The notes: generated by a model from the sequence alone, not told the origin. Counted from the first letter of the whole stretch, positions 29,805-42,772 are shown. The stretch: DNA of 63,619 nucleotides, filler included, from Cercozoa sp. M6MM (GCA_040357565.1; 13 parts of 13 records of this genome joined end to end with filler, not necessarily neighbours in it); one strand, 5' to 3'. A program made the numbers and translations.

Positions 29805-31996
29805 ATGGCGATTGGTGACGACAGTGTTTCAGTGCACGCCTACACCACGCACTCTGTGAAACCGCAGGTACTAACCAGCACCACTCAAATTTGGTATTTC
29901 TTGGTCAATCGTAATGCACTGCGGTTGTAGGCCCATGTACTGGCGCAATTGGCGTTTGCGGCTGCGCGTAGCGGCTTGGCACACCGCTCGGATGACTCTT
30001 TGGAGGTTTTTGGTTATGCTTTCTGTTTTCTTTGGCTATTGATATTATTGGGGGTGACTCGCCTTTTAGTCCTTCTCGGGCGCCTCGCTGGTGCAATGGA
30101 TGCTGCATCAGAATGTGGTGCCAGATGCAGCCGCTGCAGCTGCTCTTGGTCGGTTGCTTGGTGTGTTTGCTTTCTTACCAGTTTGTGCCCACACATGCAT
30201 GCTGACACGCACATGCAGTGCTACATTCGTTGGTGGAGCCGAAAGACAACGATTCGTTCGTGCGGCGCCAGGCAAGCCTGCTTCAACAACAATTACAACA
30301 GCAGCAATTGTCCCAGACAGACCCAGAACCCTCGGAGCTTGAGCAAGAGGGTCGATCGAAACCTCGGTACAGGTGTTGTTGCTGACTGTGAGTCGGCATA
30401 AACACGTGTTTGCGCGCAGACGAAGTTTCCTGGACCGTTTCCGCCGCCAGAAGCGGCAGCACTCGCAGCAACAACAGTCGAAGCGCGAACGCACTCAACC
30501 GCGCATCTTCCTCGGCGATCACACTTCGTACTTTCGCTGTTTTCGTGTGTGATTGTAATTGAAGAAACTTTGATGTGTTGTCTGCAGGTACATTTTCGGA
30601 AGAGCAGCGGCGCGTCACTCGCGTGTTTTGAACAGAGACCACCCGCATGGCAGGTACTGTGATACCTGTGAAAGTGTTTGGAGATTTTTACCTGAACGGC
30701 GGGGTTGTAGTGGCTACAACAGCGCACCAAATGCGCTGCTGTCCTCGAGTCGTCAGTCGCTGAAGCGGCCGCAGCTGCCGCCTGCTTTGGTACCCTTCGA
30801 GTGCAGAGTTTTTTGTTTTGTAAGCATGTGCTTGTGTGTCTGTATGCAGTCGATTCTGTTGGCACGTGCCTCGCTGGCGGTGGCATCGCGTGTCACGCAG
30901 GCGCAGTTGCTGCTGCCGTCGTCAAAGTCAGCGGTGTCAGGATCCTCAGCAAGCAGCGGCAACACGACCCTGCTGTCCGCGTCCTTCATGCACTCCTATG
31001 TACGCTGCGTTTGTTACCCCTCAACTGGTGGTATGGTGTTGATTGTGATAGGACAAGGAGGACAGCGACAGCAACGACCAAATTGAGAGAAACGTCGGCG
31101 AAACAGACGATAGAAAAGTCGATCCGATGGCACGTCATCTGGCCGTTATCATACGAGCAGTGGAGGTACTGGAACACACACTTTCCTGCTTCGCACAGTG
31201 TGTTTGAATTGTTCCCATGCAGAACTGTGAGGAAGACGCCGTGACTGAGGCAGAATTGGACGCTGTCACACGGCGATGGCTGCGCGCTTTGCTGGCACTG
31301 CCGCCTGGTACTTTCAGTGTTTCTATGCACATCGTTTTGTCGTCAAGTGTGCCTTTTCAGAGATGGAAACTGCACTGATCGAGGAGGAGATTGTTCAAGA
31401 AAACGATGCGAAAGAGAACACACACAGAGAGAACGACAATAACGAGAAGAACGAAACTGAGAACGACCAGGCGAATGAGAAGAATGACGAGAGCAAGGAT
31501 CCCACGCACCGACGCATCCAGAGTCTCGGGTCGCCCAACAGCAAGAACGACTCGCTCGAGCACGTGCTGGAACAGTCGCCGATCCTGCGCCGACGTGCCG
31601 CCTCAGTGGCCTCCAACGTACTGCACCTGTGCTTTTCTTTTCCGTGTGCGTATGTTCCATGCAAAAAAGCACAGGCGTCGGCCGAGTACATGCTGTCTCC
31701 TCGCGTGCGCCGACGACTGCTGTCGGAGGTACCTACTGCGACTGGTGATTCGGTGCTCTAGTGTGCCAATGAATGGAATAAAATATCAACAGGCATCGGA
31801 GGAAGTGCTGACCTGTCTGAGCGACGTTTCTCTCGAAAGTGACACGGAGAGCGATATCGAAAGCAACCACACCGACGATGGTAGCACCCTCGTGTTGCCT
31901 CTTGTGATGTCTCGAGAGTGTAGACTAAACATGTATGTGTACACACAGAGAGCGTCTACAGTGTCATCAGCGACGTCGATGCACAGAATGTACTGC

Positions 31997-32034
<38 letters not shown>

Positions 32035-32127
32035 TCGTCCTGGGTCTTTGTGTGTTATGTCACTGTTGTTTGCGTATGCAGGTAGGCGCCGTCAGTCGTC
32101 TGCCGATGGGAACGCCCGGCAAGGCCT
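29805..32127 (+). CDS. DEP-domain-like protein (3' partial)
   Basis: SFSGASLVQWMLHQNVVPDAAAAAAL and IFLGDHT|YIF resemble the DEP pattern (F.G..LV.W.....F.D...Y.F). Splices on into METALIEEE at 31363. Confidence 0.45.
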
Positions 32128-32227
32128 NNNNNNNNNNNNNNNNNNNNNNNNNNNNNNNNNNNNNNNNNNNNTTAATTAATTAANNNNNNNNNNNNNNNNN
32201 NNNNNNNNNNNNNNNNNNNNNNNNNNN

Positions 32228-32275
<48 letters not shown>

Positions 32276-32501
32276 GACTCTTGGCTTTGTCAACCTCAAA
32301 AGACATATCAATATGTATACCCAGGAAATCGCAACGTGGTTCGAAAATGAAATCCACACATTGACAACCGGCATCCATATTCGCGCACTGCAGGGTGAAA
32401 ANNNNNNNNNNNNNNNNNNNNNNNNNNNNNNNNNNNNNNNNNNNNNNNNNNNNNNNNNNNNNNNNNNNNNNNNNNNNNNNNNNNNNNNNNNNNNNNNNNN
32501 N

Positions 32502-32549
<48 letters not shown>

Positions 32550-32595
32550 ACACACACACACAGCAACTCAGACACAGAGAAGTAGAGCGTTTACA

Positions 32596-33437
32596 GCGCC
32601 CGGCTCCGACATGGCGAGCGCGCCGATAAACTCACCCGAGATCAACTGAACACAACACACGTTTTTTTTAAACCTTTGACGGGAAAACCGCCTCCAAAAC
32701 GCCAAAAAAATTAAAAAGCAGCAAAAACATTTCGTCTGGAGATCTATCAAGGTGTCTGAGACAGGCATGGCACAGCAGGCGCCAGCTGCCAATTCGCCTT
32801 GAACTGCAAACTCTCCTCTGGGCCCATGCATGTTGCATGCTTGATCGAAAGTGATTTTCGATCAAGTCATGTCATGGGTCATATTGAAAGGTAAATAGAA
32901 CTGAGCTACCTTGGGCAGGTACTTGGCCTTCTGCTCGGGCGTGCCCCACTTGGTGAGCTGGTTCACGTTGAGGTTCGAATGCGCGCCGTAGGAGAGCGCA
33001 ATGCCACCCGAGCAGCGCGAAAGCTCCTCCTGCGCAAACATTATAACAAATGAAAACAAAAAAAGAAAAAAGTCAAAACCGACCATGATGATCACGTGCT
33101 CGAGATAGCCGAGCTCGAGACCGCCGTACTCGGCCTCAGCAGTCGGTCCAAGGAAGCCCTGCTCGCCCATGAGCTTCCACAACTCGTTCGGGAACTCGCC
33201 CTTCGCGTCGGCCTCCTCGGCGCGCGGAAGCACCTCGGCCTCGGCGAACTTGCGCACGGCGTGACGCAGCTCAATCTGACCATCCTCCTCGCTCAGGCCA
33301 GAGAACGAGTCCACGCTCAGCTGTGCGAAACGACGCGACTGCTGCTGCACAATGAAAAAAACCCATATTTGTGTGATGCAAAAACAACAAGATCATACCA
33401 GCAAACTGCGCGAACGGAGCAACTGACGTCCCAACAT
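32596..33437 (-). CDS. IVD: Isovaleryl-CoA dehydrogenase, mitochondrial (3' partial)
   Basis: Presequence MLGRQLLRSRSL, then EYGGLELGYLEHVIIM|EELSRCSGGIALSYGAHSNLNVNQ...QKAKYLPK|LISGEFIGALAMSEPGA. Confidence 0.92.
32750..32882 (-). ncRNA. Candidate intronic H/ACA-like or hairpin RNA
   Basis: A hairpin (CTTGATCGAAA/TTTCGATCAAG stem, outer CCCATG/CATGGG), then AGAGGA (ANANNA), a second hairpin and ACA, inside an unusually long non-satellite IVD intron. Confidence 0.4.
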
Positions 33438-33655
33438 TTTAAACACAATGTATGCACACACTCGTGACACCTGGAGCTTGCGCGAAGCCTGTCTCCTCAC
33501 GATCGATTATGAAACCGGCACTCCGGTTTATTTTGAGGTTTAAAGTACATCCTTATTGTGCGAATTATTATGCAAGACACAGGCTATGGGAGTCAGATCC
33601 TACTCTAAACCGACGGAGAAAAACATATGATCTCACCTCGCTTGACGCGACGCAG

Positions 33656-35344
33656 TTATGCGCGCCAGCGCGATGTGCAGCTCCACGGCCAGGACGCGGC
33701 GTTGATTAGGAGAGCCATCACAAAGGCAGCGACCGACAGTGAGGCGATGATTTGGATTCGGTGTCGCTGCTTCTCCTGGGGTTCGCCGATCCAGACGAGC
33801 TGCATCGAGTCCCCTGTCTCCTGCACATCGTGTGCTCATATCGATACCACCATTCAACACATGTGCAGCAACAAGACAAAGAGGTACAATGCCGCGCTGC
33901 ATGATTTGCGATCTCACAGCGTCGCCCTCGTTGTTGTAGAGCCATGAGAAGTGCAGTCCTCGGCGCAGATCTTGCTTCTCTTGCGACCAGAGTTTCTCCG
34001 GGTCATCGCACTCCTGTCCACGCCAATTTCGGCATCATTGGGAGACATACCAGAAACCCTGCAGTAAACATACAAGGGAACACTCAAATCCGAACAAATA
34101 AACGCTCTTGCTGTCGCCTTTCATTATCTAAAAACACACCCCTTATGCGGTAGCATAACTGAGAACAAAACAACAAGTGTACAGGCACGTAGCAGCAGTA
34201 ACGCGTGTTCTTCTGACCGACAACTTCGATATGAAACGCCGCAGCCTGCGTCAGGTTCACTGCGAGTTGTTCCCATCGGAAAGCATCGAAGCAAGATATT
34301 GCAAATCGGTACATTCAAGACTCTCGTCCAAAGTGACGGTGTAGCCACCGTGCTGGTCCAACGCCTTGTCCAAGAAGGCCACCGACTCGGCCGTGTCCGT
34401 CGAAAATATGTCAAAGTCCGGGTAGTCCGTCTGTCTATGCCAGGCACTGTGCACAACGGACACATACACCTATGTACATATGTATATATATATATTCATA
34501 CAATATTACATAATCAAAGACAAAGAGCGGAGGGGTACACTCCAAATCCGCAGGCGGCACAGAGCAGCGCCGTTGTGACGAAGAACATGCGGCTCATCAC
34601 CTGAAAGAAACCAAGGTGCTGTCGCATTTCAACTCTGAATGGTCCTGTACTTTGGCCGAGTTGTGTCGGTGTCGGCCTCCCTGTGATACCTAAAGTGTGC
34701 TCATTAAAGATGTGAACAAAGAGTACCACAAGACGACTGGCAATTTTATTTATGATGAACGGCAGCACTAACCGCGTACAAGACAGTTACACACACTTTG
34801 GTAAGTGCCGTAACAGACACACCCAGCACCGTGAAAACAGTCGCGAGCACAATGAAATGCACAGATGCTCCGACCTGCAAAAATAGACATAAGGAAACCA
34901 ACAAAAACAAAAGCACGGAAATTCACCATGGCAGCGACGACGCTCGCGCCAAACAGAATCACAAGCTGCGTCATCGAGGCAAACAAGGTGACCACATGCC
35001 GCCTTCTTTCCTGCAGAGTTGCAATCGCTTTGCACCCGCAGTGCGGGAAAGGAAAGGGAAAGAAAAAGGCAGAGTGTGTGTACCATCTGTGCGGGCGACA
35101 ATCGTTCAGGCTCGTCCAAGGCCGCAGCGGGGATGGCATTCGTACCGCTGTTACTATTGTCATTGTCATTGCTGGCGTCTCTGGCAGTGTTGCTCGGACC
35201 GCCAGGCGCCACCACTGTGTCGATCGACACTTCTGAAGTGGCATCGTCCGCTGAACACATTATGGTTACAATCAACCATCGCATCAAAGTGAAACCACAA
35301 ATACCAAAGTCGTCTTCCGTTCCTATCTGCAACTCAACTGACAT
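33656..35344 (-). CDS. Hypothetical multi-pass membrane protein
   Basis: MSVELQIGTEDDF...; TM-like exons VVTLFASMTQLVILFGASVVAAM, VHFIVLATVFTVLGVSV and IIASLSVAAFVMALLINAASW; ends SRWRA*. Confidence 0.55.
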
Positions 35345-35653
35345 TGCGTCTGCTGACCGATCGTCTGAGTGCTACGCTCCGTCAGCATACAAAAACGTCT
35401 GCACGGAGCTGCACCGCACACGTCTAATCTACTCACTGGGCTGGCGAAAAATCCATTTTTTTGGTTGTCACCTGTAGCCTAAAATGCCGTCCAGTAACGC
35501 AAGCCACAGACTCCCGCTAAAACAGTCAAACGCACACACACAGATAACTGCCAGCTTGCGCAGCTGTTAAATGAGGCGCTGTTGAATCACAAGTTGCAGA
35601 GAAACAGATTTTTTCATTTGTGCGTCTCGAGCACCTTCCGCGCGTAGCAAGGC

Positions 35654-37553
35654 ATGTCACGCGAGTTTCTCGAAGTGTGTTTGTCCCTTTTGTATGATGC
35701 TAACTGAGACCAAACGACTACCCTTCAGGTGCTTGTTAATTGCACAGCACGTGCTGACTTGGCGGCTTCGAGAGCGGGATGGTGGATCGAAACGGTCGCG
35801 TGAAACAAGTAGAGAAAGTGACGAGCAAGATTCAGGAAGAAGTCGTCGGCGGCGCATTGGCGATACCGAAGCTTCAACGCAATTTCTTTTCGATGAACAG
35901 AAAAACGAAGCGCGTGCAAGTGCACTTGTGCATGCGAGCGAGGGCCGATTTTCTTCTGGCGACAGCTACCGCGACTGTCTGTTGCAACTCTTTTGGCGTG
36001 ATGTGTACTGCGAGGCACTGTCGTCGGTAGAAGCTGCAGCGACGGGTGAAGCCGCTCTTTCTGCCTTCCACTTGGTGTTAACTTCGTGCAGGACACTCAC
36101 CTCCGGCAGGTACAGTATGCAGAGTTTTTACTGGTCCGCGATGCGAATTGTGTGTGTAGCGGGCACTTCGCTTTGACGGCGACGATTTCGCCGCAGCAAA
36201 AACGCAAACTGCGCGATCAGCGTGGTGCTTCTCTTGTGCTTTTATGGCCAGCCGCGACTGTCAGCACCAGCAAGCGCTCTGCCGTTCCGCGCTTGCGCGA
36301 CCTCCCCAGCGATCATTTTCTGGCTGTCGCGAATCTCGGAGACACGGATTCCGAAGGTGCATTGCCGATGCGAGTCTACGTCTCGCCGAATTCTACAGAC
36401 GAAACAACGAAAGCTGATCGTAGCGTTCGAGATCTCAAGTCTCTCGAGAACAAGCGCTTTATGTGCTTGCCATTGCTGTCGCTCGTGACGCGGAAGCGCG
36501 AGTTCGACGCAATCGTCAGTCTGCCCCAAGCGACGCTTGAGTACCTCGCGTCGCCGACAATTTCCCACATGCCCGAAAACGAAGACGAAGAGCACGGCGT
36601 GCGACAACTTCGCTCGATTTTGCCAGTGCGTTTCCTTTTTCTCGTGATTCGTTAAAGCATGTTGTAGATATCTATTTTTTGTGGATACTGCGTTACTTGT
36701 TTGTGCGAACAGGAAAAGTTTGTCTCCGCACTGCAGCACCGTCTTAACTCATCACAGTTCCGCGCAGTGCGGCGTGCGGTGGTGGATGTGCATTCGCATG
36801 TGGACACTCATGATGGAGCGGAAGGCCGGCGTGTGTTTGACAAAGCACCCTCTTTCGCTTTGCTTCAGGTATCTCGTGTCTAGTTTTTCTCTTGAGCACT
36901 CATGGAGCATGTTGCTACAGGGTCCTCCAGGCACGGGCAAGACTAATGCGGTGCTCGCGCTGGCGAATGCTCTGCATTTGGACGCTTTCCAGCGGTGCGT
37001 GTTCTGTTGTGTCAGTATATGTGAATTACATAATTGCGATGTGATGTGTGCCTACAGGCTGTATGACGAGTGGTGGCAGCAAGAGGCCTCGCTCGTAGGT
37101 GTCGAAATCGAAGTGGAAGCAACACCCGCTCCGCCGCCCGTCGCAGCAGCAGCAGTTGCGTCCAAAGAAGTCGACGAACTCGAAAGCGATGACTGGACCG
37201 ATCTCGTCCATGAAGATGACGCTCTGTTTTACGTCAACACCACTCCCTTTGGTGCGCCTGCCGCCGAGGAGGTCGAGGCAGTCGCAGCAGAACTGACACC
37301 AGCTGTTGATAGTACTGCGAAAAAGACGCGTCGCGTCACGTCACCTATGCGTCCACGACTGCTGGTGTGCGCGCCTTCCAATGCTGCCGTTGACGAGGTA
37401 CTTCATCGGTTACCCCATCTATTCTCTTTTGTGTATGTTCCTTTTGACACCTTACAGATTGTAGCGCGTCTGCTCAAGCAAAAGATGTTGGATGGTGAGG
37501 GACGTGTGTTCACACCACGCATGGTGCGACTCGGTGGACAAGGTTCCGAGGCG
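35654..37553 (+). CDS. SEN1: Sen1/senataxin-like SF1 helicase (3' partial)
   Basis: LLQGPPGTGKT (Walker A), RLLVCAPSNAAVDE|IVARL and MVRLG, with an N-terminal F.S...Y...L..L.W motif. Confidence 0.82.
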
Positions 37554-37569
37554 GTACTTTCACTGCATC

Positions 37570-37619
<50 letters not shown>

Positions 37620-37719
37620 NNNNNNNNNNNNNNNNNNNNNNNNNNNNNNNNNNNNNNNNNNNNTTAATTAATTAANNNNNNNNNNNNNNNNNNNNNNNNN
37701 NNNNNNNNNNNNNNNNNNN

Positions 37720-37768
<49 letters not shown>

Positions 37769-37828
37769 GATTGAGAGCCTCCAGGTCAACTGGGCAGTCA
37801 CGTCGCCCGATGTGATTGCAGCACTGCA

Positions 37829-37884
<56 letters not shown>

Positions 37885-37957
37885 CCACTCTAGTATATCT
37901 CTATTTATATATATAGAAATACTATATTGTGTATATATATATACGTGTGTATATAGG

Positions 37958-39062
37958 ACATGGCACGCCAACTTCCCGAAAGCGAGGGCAAGGCCATTCT
38001 GCAGTTGTTCCGCAGTACCCTAACTTTTTACCCCCTTTTTGGACCCCTTTGTTCGCTGTGTTGATCCTCAATCTCCCTCCAGCCATGGCCGAGCGTCTGG
38101 CCGAGAAGAGAAAAGAAGAGCGACGACTGCGACCGCTGGAGCAGCGACTGAAACAGCACATCGTGGGACAGGTCAGTTTATACTGTAGACATTGTAAACT
38201 GTGTACATTGTATACTGTATACACACAACAACATACACGCTTGCTGATATGCTGACAATAGAAAGTGCCGATCGATGCCGTGGCAGCTGCAATTCGACGA
38301 AAGCAGAACGGTTGGCATGACGAAGACCACCCACTGTACCTACCTCTCCCCCAGCCTTGCCCCTCTCTTTACCGCCTATCTTTACCCTCTCTCTCTTTAT
38401 TGTTATTCCCCTCCTTTATTCCCCTCTTTATTCTCCTCTCTTTATTACCCTCTCTTTACCCCCTATCTATATTCTCCTATCTTTACCCCTCCCGCAGTGT
38501 GTTCTTGTTCCTCGGGTCGAGTGGTGTCGGCAAGACAGAGCTGGCCAAGCGACTGGCCGAATTCACCAACGACAGCGCCGACAACTTCATTCGAATCGAC
38601 ATGAGCGAGTTCCAGTCGAAACACGAGGTGGCCAAGTTCATCGGAGCGCCGCCTGGCTATGTCGGACATGAACAAGGCGGTACACATTTTTGTGTCCAGT
38701 TTTCTTAAAGGGGTGTACCCTCATCGGAACTCCTGGAGTGCAGGCCAGTTGACTGAACGACTGAAGAAGTGTCCCAATGCTGTGGTATCTCCTAGAAACT
38801 ATTCGAGTGCTTACTTAGGTCTGCGCTTATGGATGTTGTGCTCCCCTTAATAGGTCCTTCTGGACGAGATCGAAAAGGCTCATCCTGACGTGCTAACCGT
38901 CATGCTGCAGTTGTTTGATGAGGTCAGCAGTTTCTCATTCCGTATACATCACCTGTATATGTATCTGTCTAATATATTTATATAGATATATATATAGCTG
39001 TATTTGTATATGTCTATATATATACATATCTGTCTGTATTATATATATATATATGTCTGTAT

Positions 39063-39098
<36 letters not shown>

Positions 39099-40174
39099 CA
39101 GGGCCGACTGACGGACGGACAAGGCAACACGGTGCAGGCCAAGGATGCCATCTTTGTGTGCACCTCCAACCTGGGTACAGCAGTGACGTGGTGTATCTAC
39201 TATCCACTCTGTGTATTCTTTGTATGCAGCTCAGCAAGAGATCGCCGACCACGCCATGACACTTCGCCGCGAGTCGCAAGACGGTGCCTTTGTTCCTCGG
39301 AGTATGTGCATCTTGATGTCTGTACTCTCCCCTGTGAGTGTAGTTCCGAGCGAAGACTTTGTACTCAACGTTGTGCATCCCATCCTGTAGCTTTAGTAGT
39401 TTACCTGCCTCCTCTCTCCTCTTGCAGACCTGTTGTATGTTACTTGCACTGCAGACGACGTGCTTTCAAACGTGACGAATTCGTCGGTCGCATCAATGAA
39501 GTACAGCGCAGTTTCCCCCACCTTTAGTTTCTCTCTTTGATTGTGGCCAGGTGCTGTTTTTCCTGCCGTTTTCGGACGCCGAGTTGGACGCACTCGTGCA
39601 AATGCAGGTGCTTTGCCTTTTCTTCCCTGTGTCATGTCTTTGTATTGCAAGGAGAGATTGACTTGCCTTTACATGACTACAGTTGCGCAAGTGGGAGGGT
39701 CGTGCACGTGAGCGACACCAGGTATATCTCCATATCTATATATGTATATCATGTGTGTGGATATGTGAGTGTCTATATTTGCACGCACATTAACTTCTCT
39801 GTACCGACATGCAGATCAAGCTCCAGTGGACGCAGGATGCCGTGCGACTGCTGCGCAACGGCTACAACATTCGCTACGGTGCGCGCAGCATCCAGCACGA
39901 GGTTGAGAAGAAGGTCGTCAACCTGCTGGCACGTGCGCATGAAGACAGCGCCATCGCCAGTGTACCCTCTGTGTGTTCGCCAGCTGGCTTGGTTCCAAGC
40001 GACTGTGAGCAGGGAAGCACCGTCACGGTGGCAGTGGAGAACGGCCGCATCTGCCTGCGACGCGAGGAGACGCCTGCCGACGCCAAGAGTCGCAACAGCA
40101 GCGACCTGCTCACGGCCATCAAGCAGCGTCTCGGCAAGAAACGTGACGCAGACTGCAACGACGTTCCCGAGTAA
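37958..40174 (+). CDS. CLPB: Skd3/CLPB (ANKCLP)-type AAA+ disaggregase (5' partial)
   Basis: [13 protein letters not shown]|...[17 protein letters not shown]|[17 protein letters not shown]...[27 protein letters not shown]|[14 protein letters not shown]|[13 protein letters not shown]...[16 protein letters not shown]. Confidence 0.9.
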
Positions 40175-40512
40175 TGTGTTTAATGTACGCCAACTGAAGT
40201 CGCGATCGTCAGTGAATGCCTCGCCTCCAAGGTGCGATTGCAATGTGTAAAGAGAACTCGTGTTCCCTGCCCGTAAGACGTCAGCCTGAGTGTTCGAATG
40301 CCGGGTCAAAACGTGGCTACACTCGATGTCACCACACCAGCCCTTGTCCTCTCGTTCGCGCCATAGAAGTCACCTCACGTGTGCTTTAATTGCGTTTAAG
40401 CGCTTGACGTCGTTTTGAGGCCGTTTTAGTGACACACACGAGGGTAGTCACATTTTTCTTTTTTCGACCAGATCGTGGGTCTCAGTATGTCATTGTTTTT
40501 GTCACAGAAGAG

Positions 40513-41535
40513 ATGGTGCAAGCGCTGGTGATTCTGCCGGGTGCAGGCACGGAGGTCTGGACTGGCCAGTCGACAGACGAACTGGATGCCTTCATTGCGG
40601 CGCGTCTGGGTAGACTAGCCTCTGTGATGTTGTGTTGTGATATCGTGTTTAGCCTGTGTGATATCGTGTAACGTGCAGGCACGACGGACTTCTTCGTGTC
40701 ACCGCAGGAGAAACGCAGGGTGGCCGAGTGTGCGACCGAGTGTGAGACCGAGTGTGCGACTAAGAGTGCGGTGCCATGCAGCGTGCAGGTGCAGCTGCGC
40801 CTGCGCGGTGGCAAGGGCGGCTTTGGCCAGATGCTGCGCTCGCAGAAGGGCAAGACCAAGACGTACGACTACGGCGCCATGCGCGACCTGAGTGGCCGGC
40901 GACTGCGGCACATTGACCAGCAGCAGGCGCTGACTCAGTGGCAGCAGCAGCAGGAGCAAGGCCGCGCGCGAGGCGAGCGACCGCCCTCGCAGGACGAGAT
41001 CAGCGCGCGCTTCCGCGAGATCAAGGAGCTGCGCCTGCCGCCGCACCTGCGCAAACAAGGACCGGCCCAGCAGCGCCGACTGCAGCGACAGCAGCAACGA
41101 CAGCTCCGCGCGGAACAGGATCAGGTCCTGCACGAGAAACGCCTGCCGCGCCTGCGCTCCAGTATGGCGCAGTCCGTGCGACTTGCGCAGCAGCAGCGCC
41201 TGCGCAAGAAGCGTCCGCGCGGAAGCACCTCGCCCTCGCAGACTGCTGACCATAAGGCACCGGTCAAGACGGAAGAACCTGCTGCGAAACGACAGCGTCG
41301 CAGTGTCGAGCAGGAAGCACCCACACAGGAGGAAACGCCGCCACAGGAAGAAACGTCACAGGAAGAAACGCAACAGGAGGAAACGTCACAGGAAGAAACG
41401 CCACAGGAAGAAACGCAACAGGAAGAAACGTCACAGGAAGAAACGCCACAGGAAGAAACGCCTGTCACTGAACTCGTCGACTTGGCCTCACTGGACGCCG
41501 ACAAGTGCGCACGACTCGACGCTGCTCTGCTCAAG
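40513..41535 (+). CDS. SDE2: SDE2 (ubiquitin-fold-cleaved splicing and replication-stress factor; 3' partial)
   Basis: LRLRGGKGGFGQMLR...AMRDLSGRRLRH signature, with the start of a C-terminal SAP-like region (VDLASLD...LDAALLK). Confidence 0.88.
41325..41462 (+). repeat. Coding 15-bp tandem repeat encoding QEET[P/S/Q]
   Basis: About 9 copies of CAGGAAGAAACGNCA. Confidence 0.9.
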
Positions 41536-41768
41536 GTACACCTGCCTTCAGTCTGCCTGTCTATTGAGTGTGTGTCTGTCTGTGTCTGTCTGTGTCTGTG
41601 TGTGTCTGTGTGTCTGTGCGTGTGTCTATGTGCCTGTGCCTGTGTATGTGTGTGTGTGTGTNNNNNNNNNNNNNNNNNNNNNNNNNNNNNNNNNNNNNNN
41701 NNNNNTTAATTAATTAANNNNNNNNNNNNNNNNNNNNNNNNNNNNNNNNNNNNNNNNNNNNAAACTAC

Positions 41769-42359
41769 AGGCACAGCGTCGACATTGACGCCGCACAGAG
41801 CGCACAGTCCGCCTGCTCACGCACACTTAATTAAGAGGCCCAACACACTTAATTAAGGTGGCTACAGTGCAACCCAATTAAGGTTGCCAACAGGGCCACT
41901 TAATTAAGGCTGCGTACAGTCCATTTGGACACGTGTGTGTGCACCTACCGATCACGACAGTGTGAGCACAGCCGGGCGAGATCTCGCACAGTGTCTGACC
42001 CTGCAGCAAGCACTCTCGCACACTTAACCATACTTAAGGCTGCGACAGGTACCTTGCGAACCCTCTCGCCTTTAACAAAGGTCACGTCGGACACTTTACC
42101 GTCCCTGCGGACGCCACACCCCTTTAAGCAAACAATATAACAACAGGGAGGCCTGGGTACGCTGGTGCCAGCACATCCACGAACGCATCGTCGCTCTGAC
42201 GCTGCAACACCGCCAGCGTCGCGTTCTGCCGCACCGCTGATCCGACAGGACAGCGCCACCTAAGCACACGCGCCTCCACTCAGTGCACAGACAGACAGAC
42301 AGACATCAGACTCACTCATGGACGGTGCCATCAAAATTGGCACAAACCCGTTCAACCAT
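41769..42359 (-). CDS. FCP1: RNA polymerase II CTD phosphatase FCP1, N-terminus (3' partial)
   Basis: Spliced: MVERVCANFDGTVHE|WRCPVGSAVRQNATLAVL...APA|DGKVSDVTFVKGERVRK|GQTLCEISPGCAHTVVI|GGLCALCG, matching the FCP1 sandwich-barrel plus C.H...GLCA.CG motif. Confidence 0.8.
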
Positions 42360-42772
42360 TGATTATTAGCAATTCCACGTCTGCCGCGGCTTTGCTACTA
42401 CACGGACACCTGCTAGGACACACTGAGGACGAGGTTCACCGTGTGTCGGAATTGCATTTCAACCCACAAGTTGAGCAATCGATTTTTTTTAGTCGATTTG
42501 TTTTGGTGCATGCACTTAAATTGACCTGATTCGTGCAGAAATGTAAGGACGTTCTTTTTATGGCTGTCATGCGACTTTTCACGGCACTTGGCCAAACGTG
42601 CCTACTTGAAAAGCTGCGACCAGCCAATCCTCCGGTCAGTCCATCAGCCAGAATCGCTCTGCTTCTGGCTATGAGCCATCCAAAATGATGCTCTGCAAAA
42701 TGCTCAGAAAAAGGAGCAATCTGTGTGCGCAGTTCTGCGTGTCTAGTGTTCCCCCTCCCTCCTCCCTCTCCA

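Noticed and set aside
34037-34039. In-frame TGA suggesting selenocysteine or stop recoding in the minus-strand membrane gene
   Set aside because: A normal GTATGT...GACAG intron removes it and keeps the frame (FECSL|ECDDPEK). TGA also terminates PK and ALAS.
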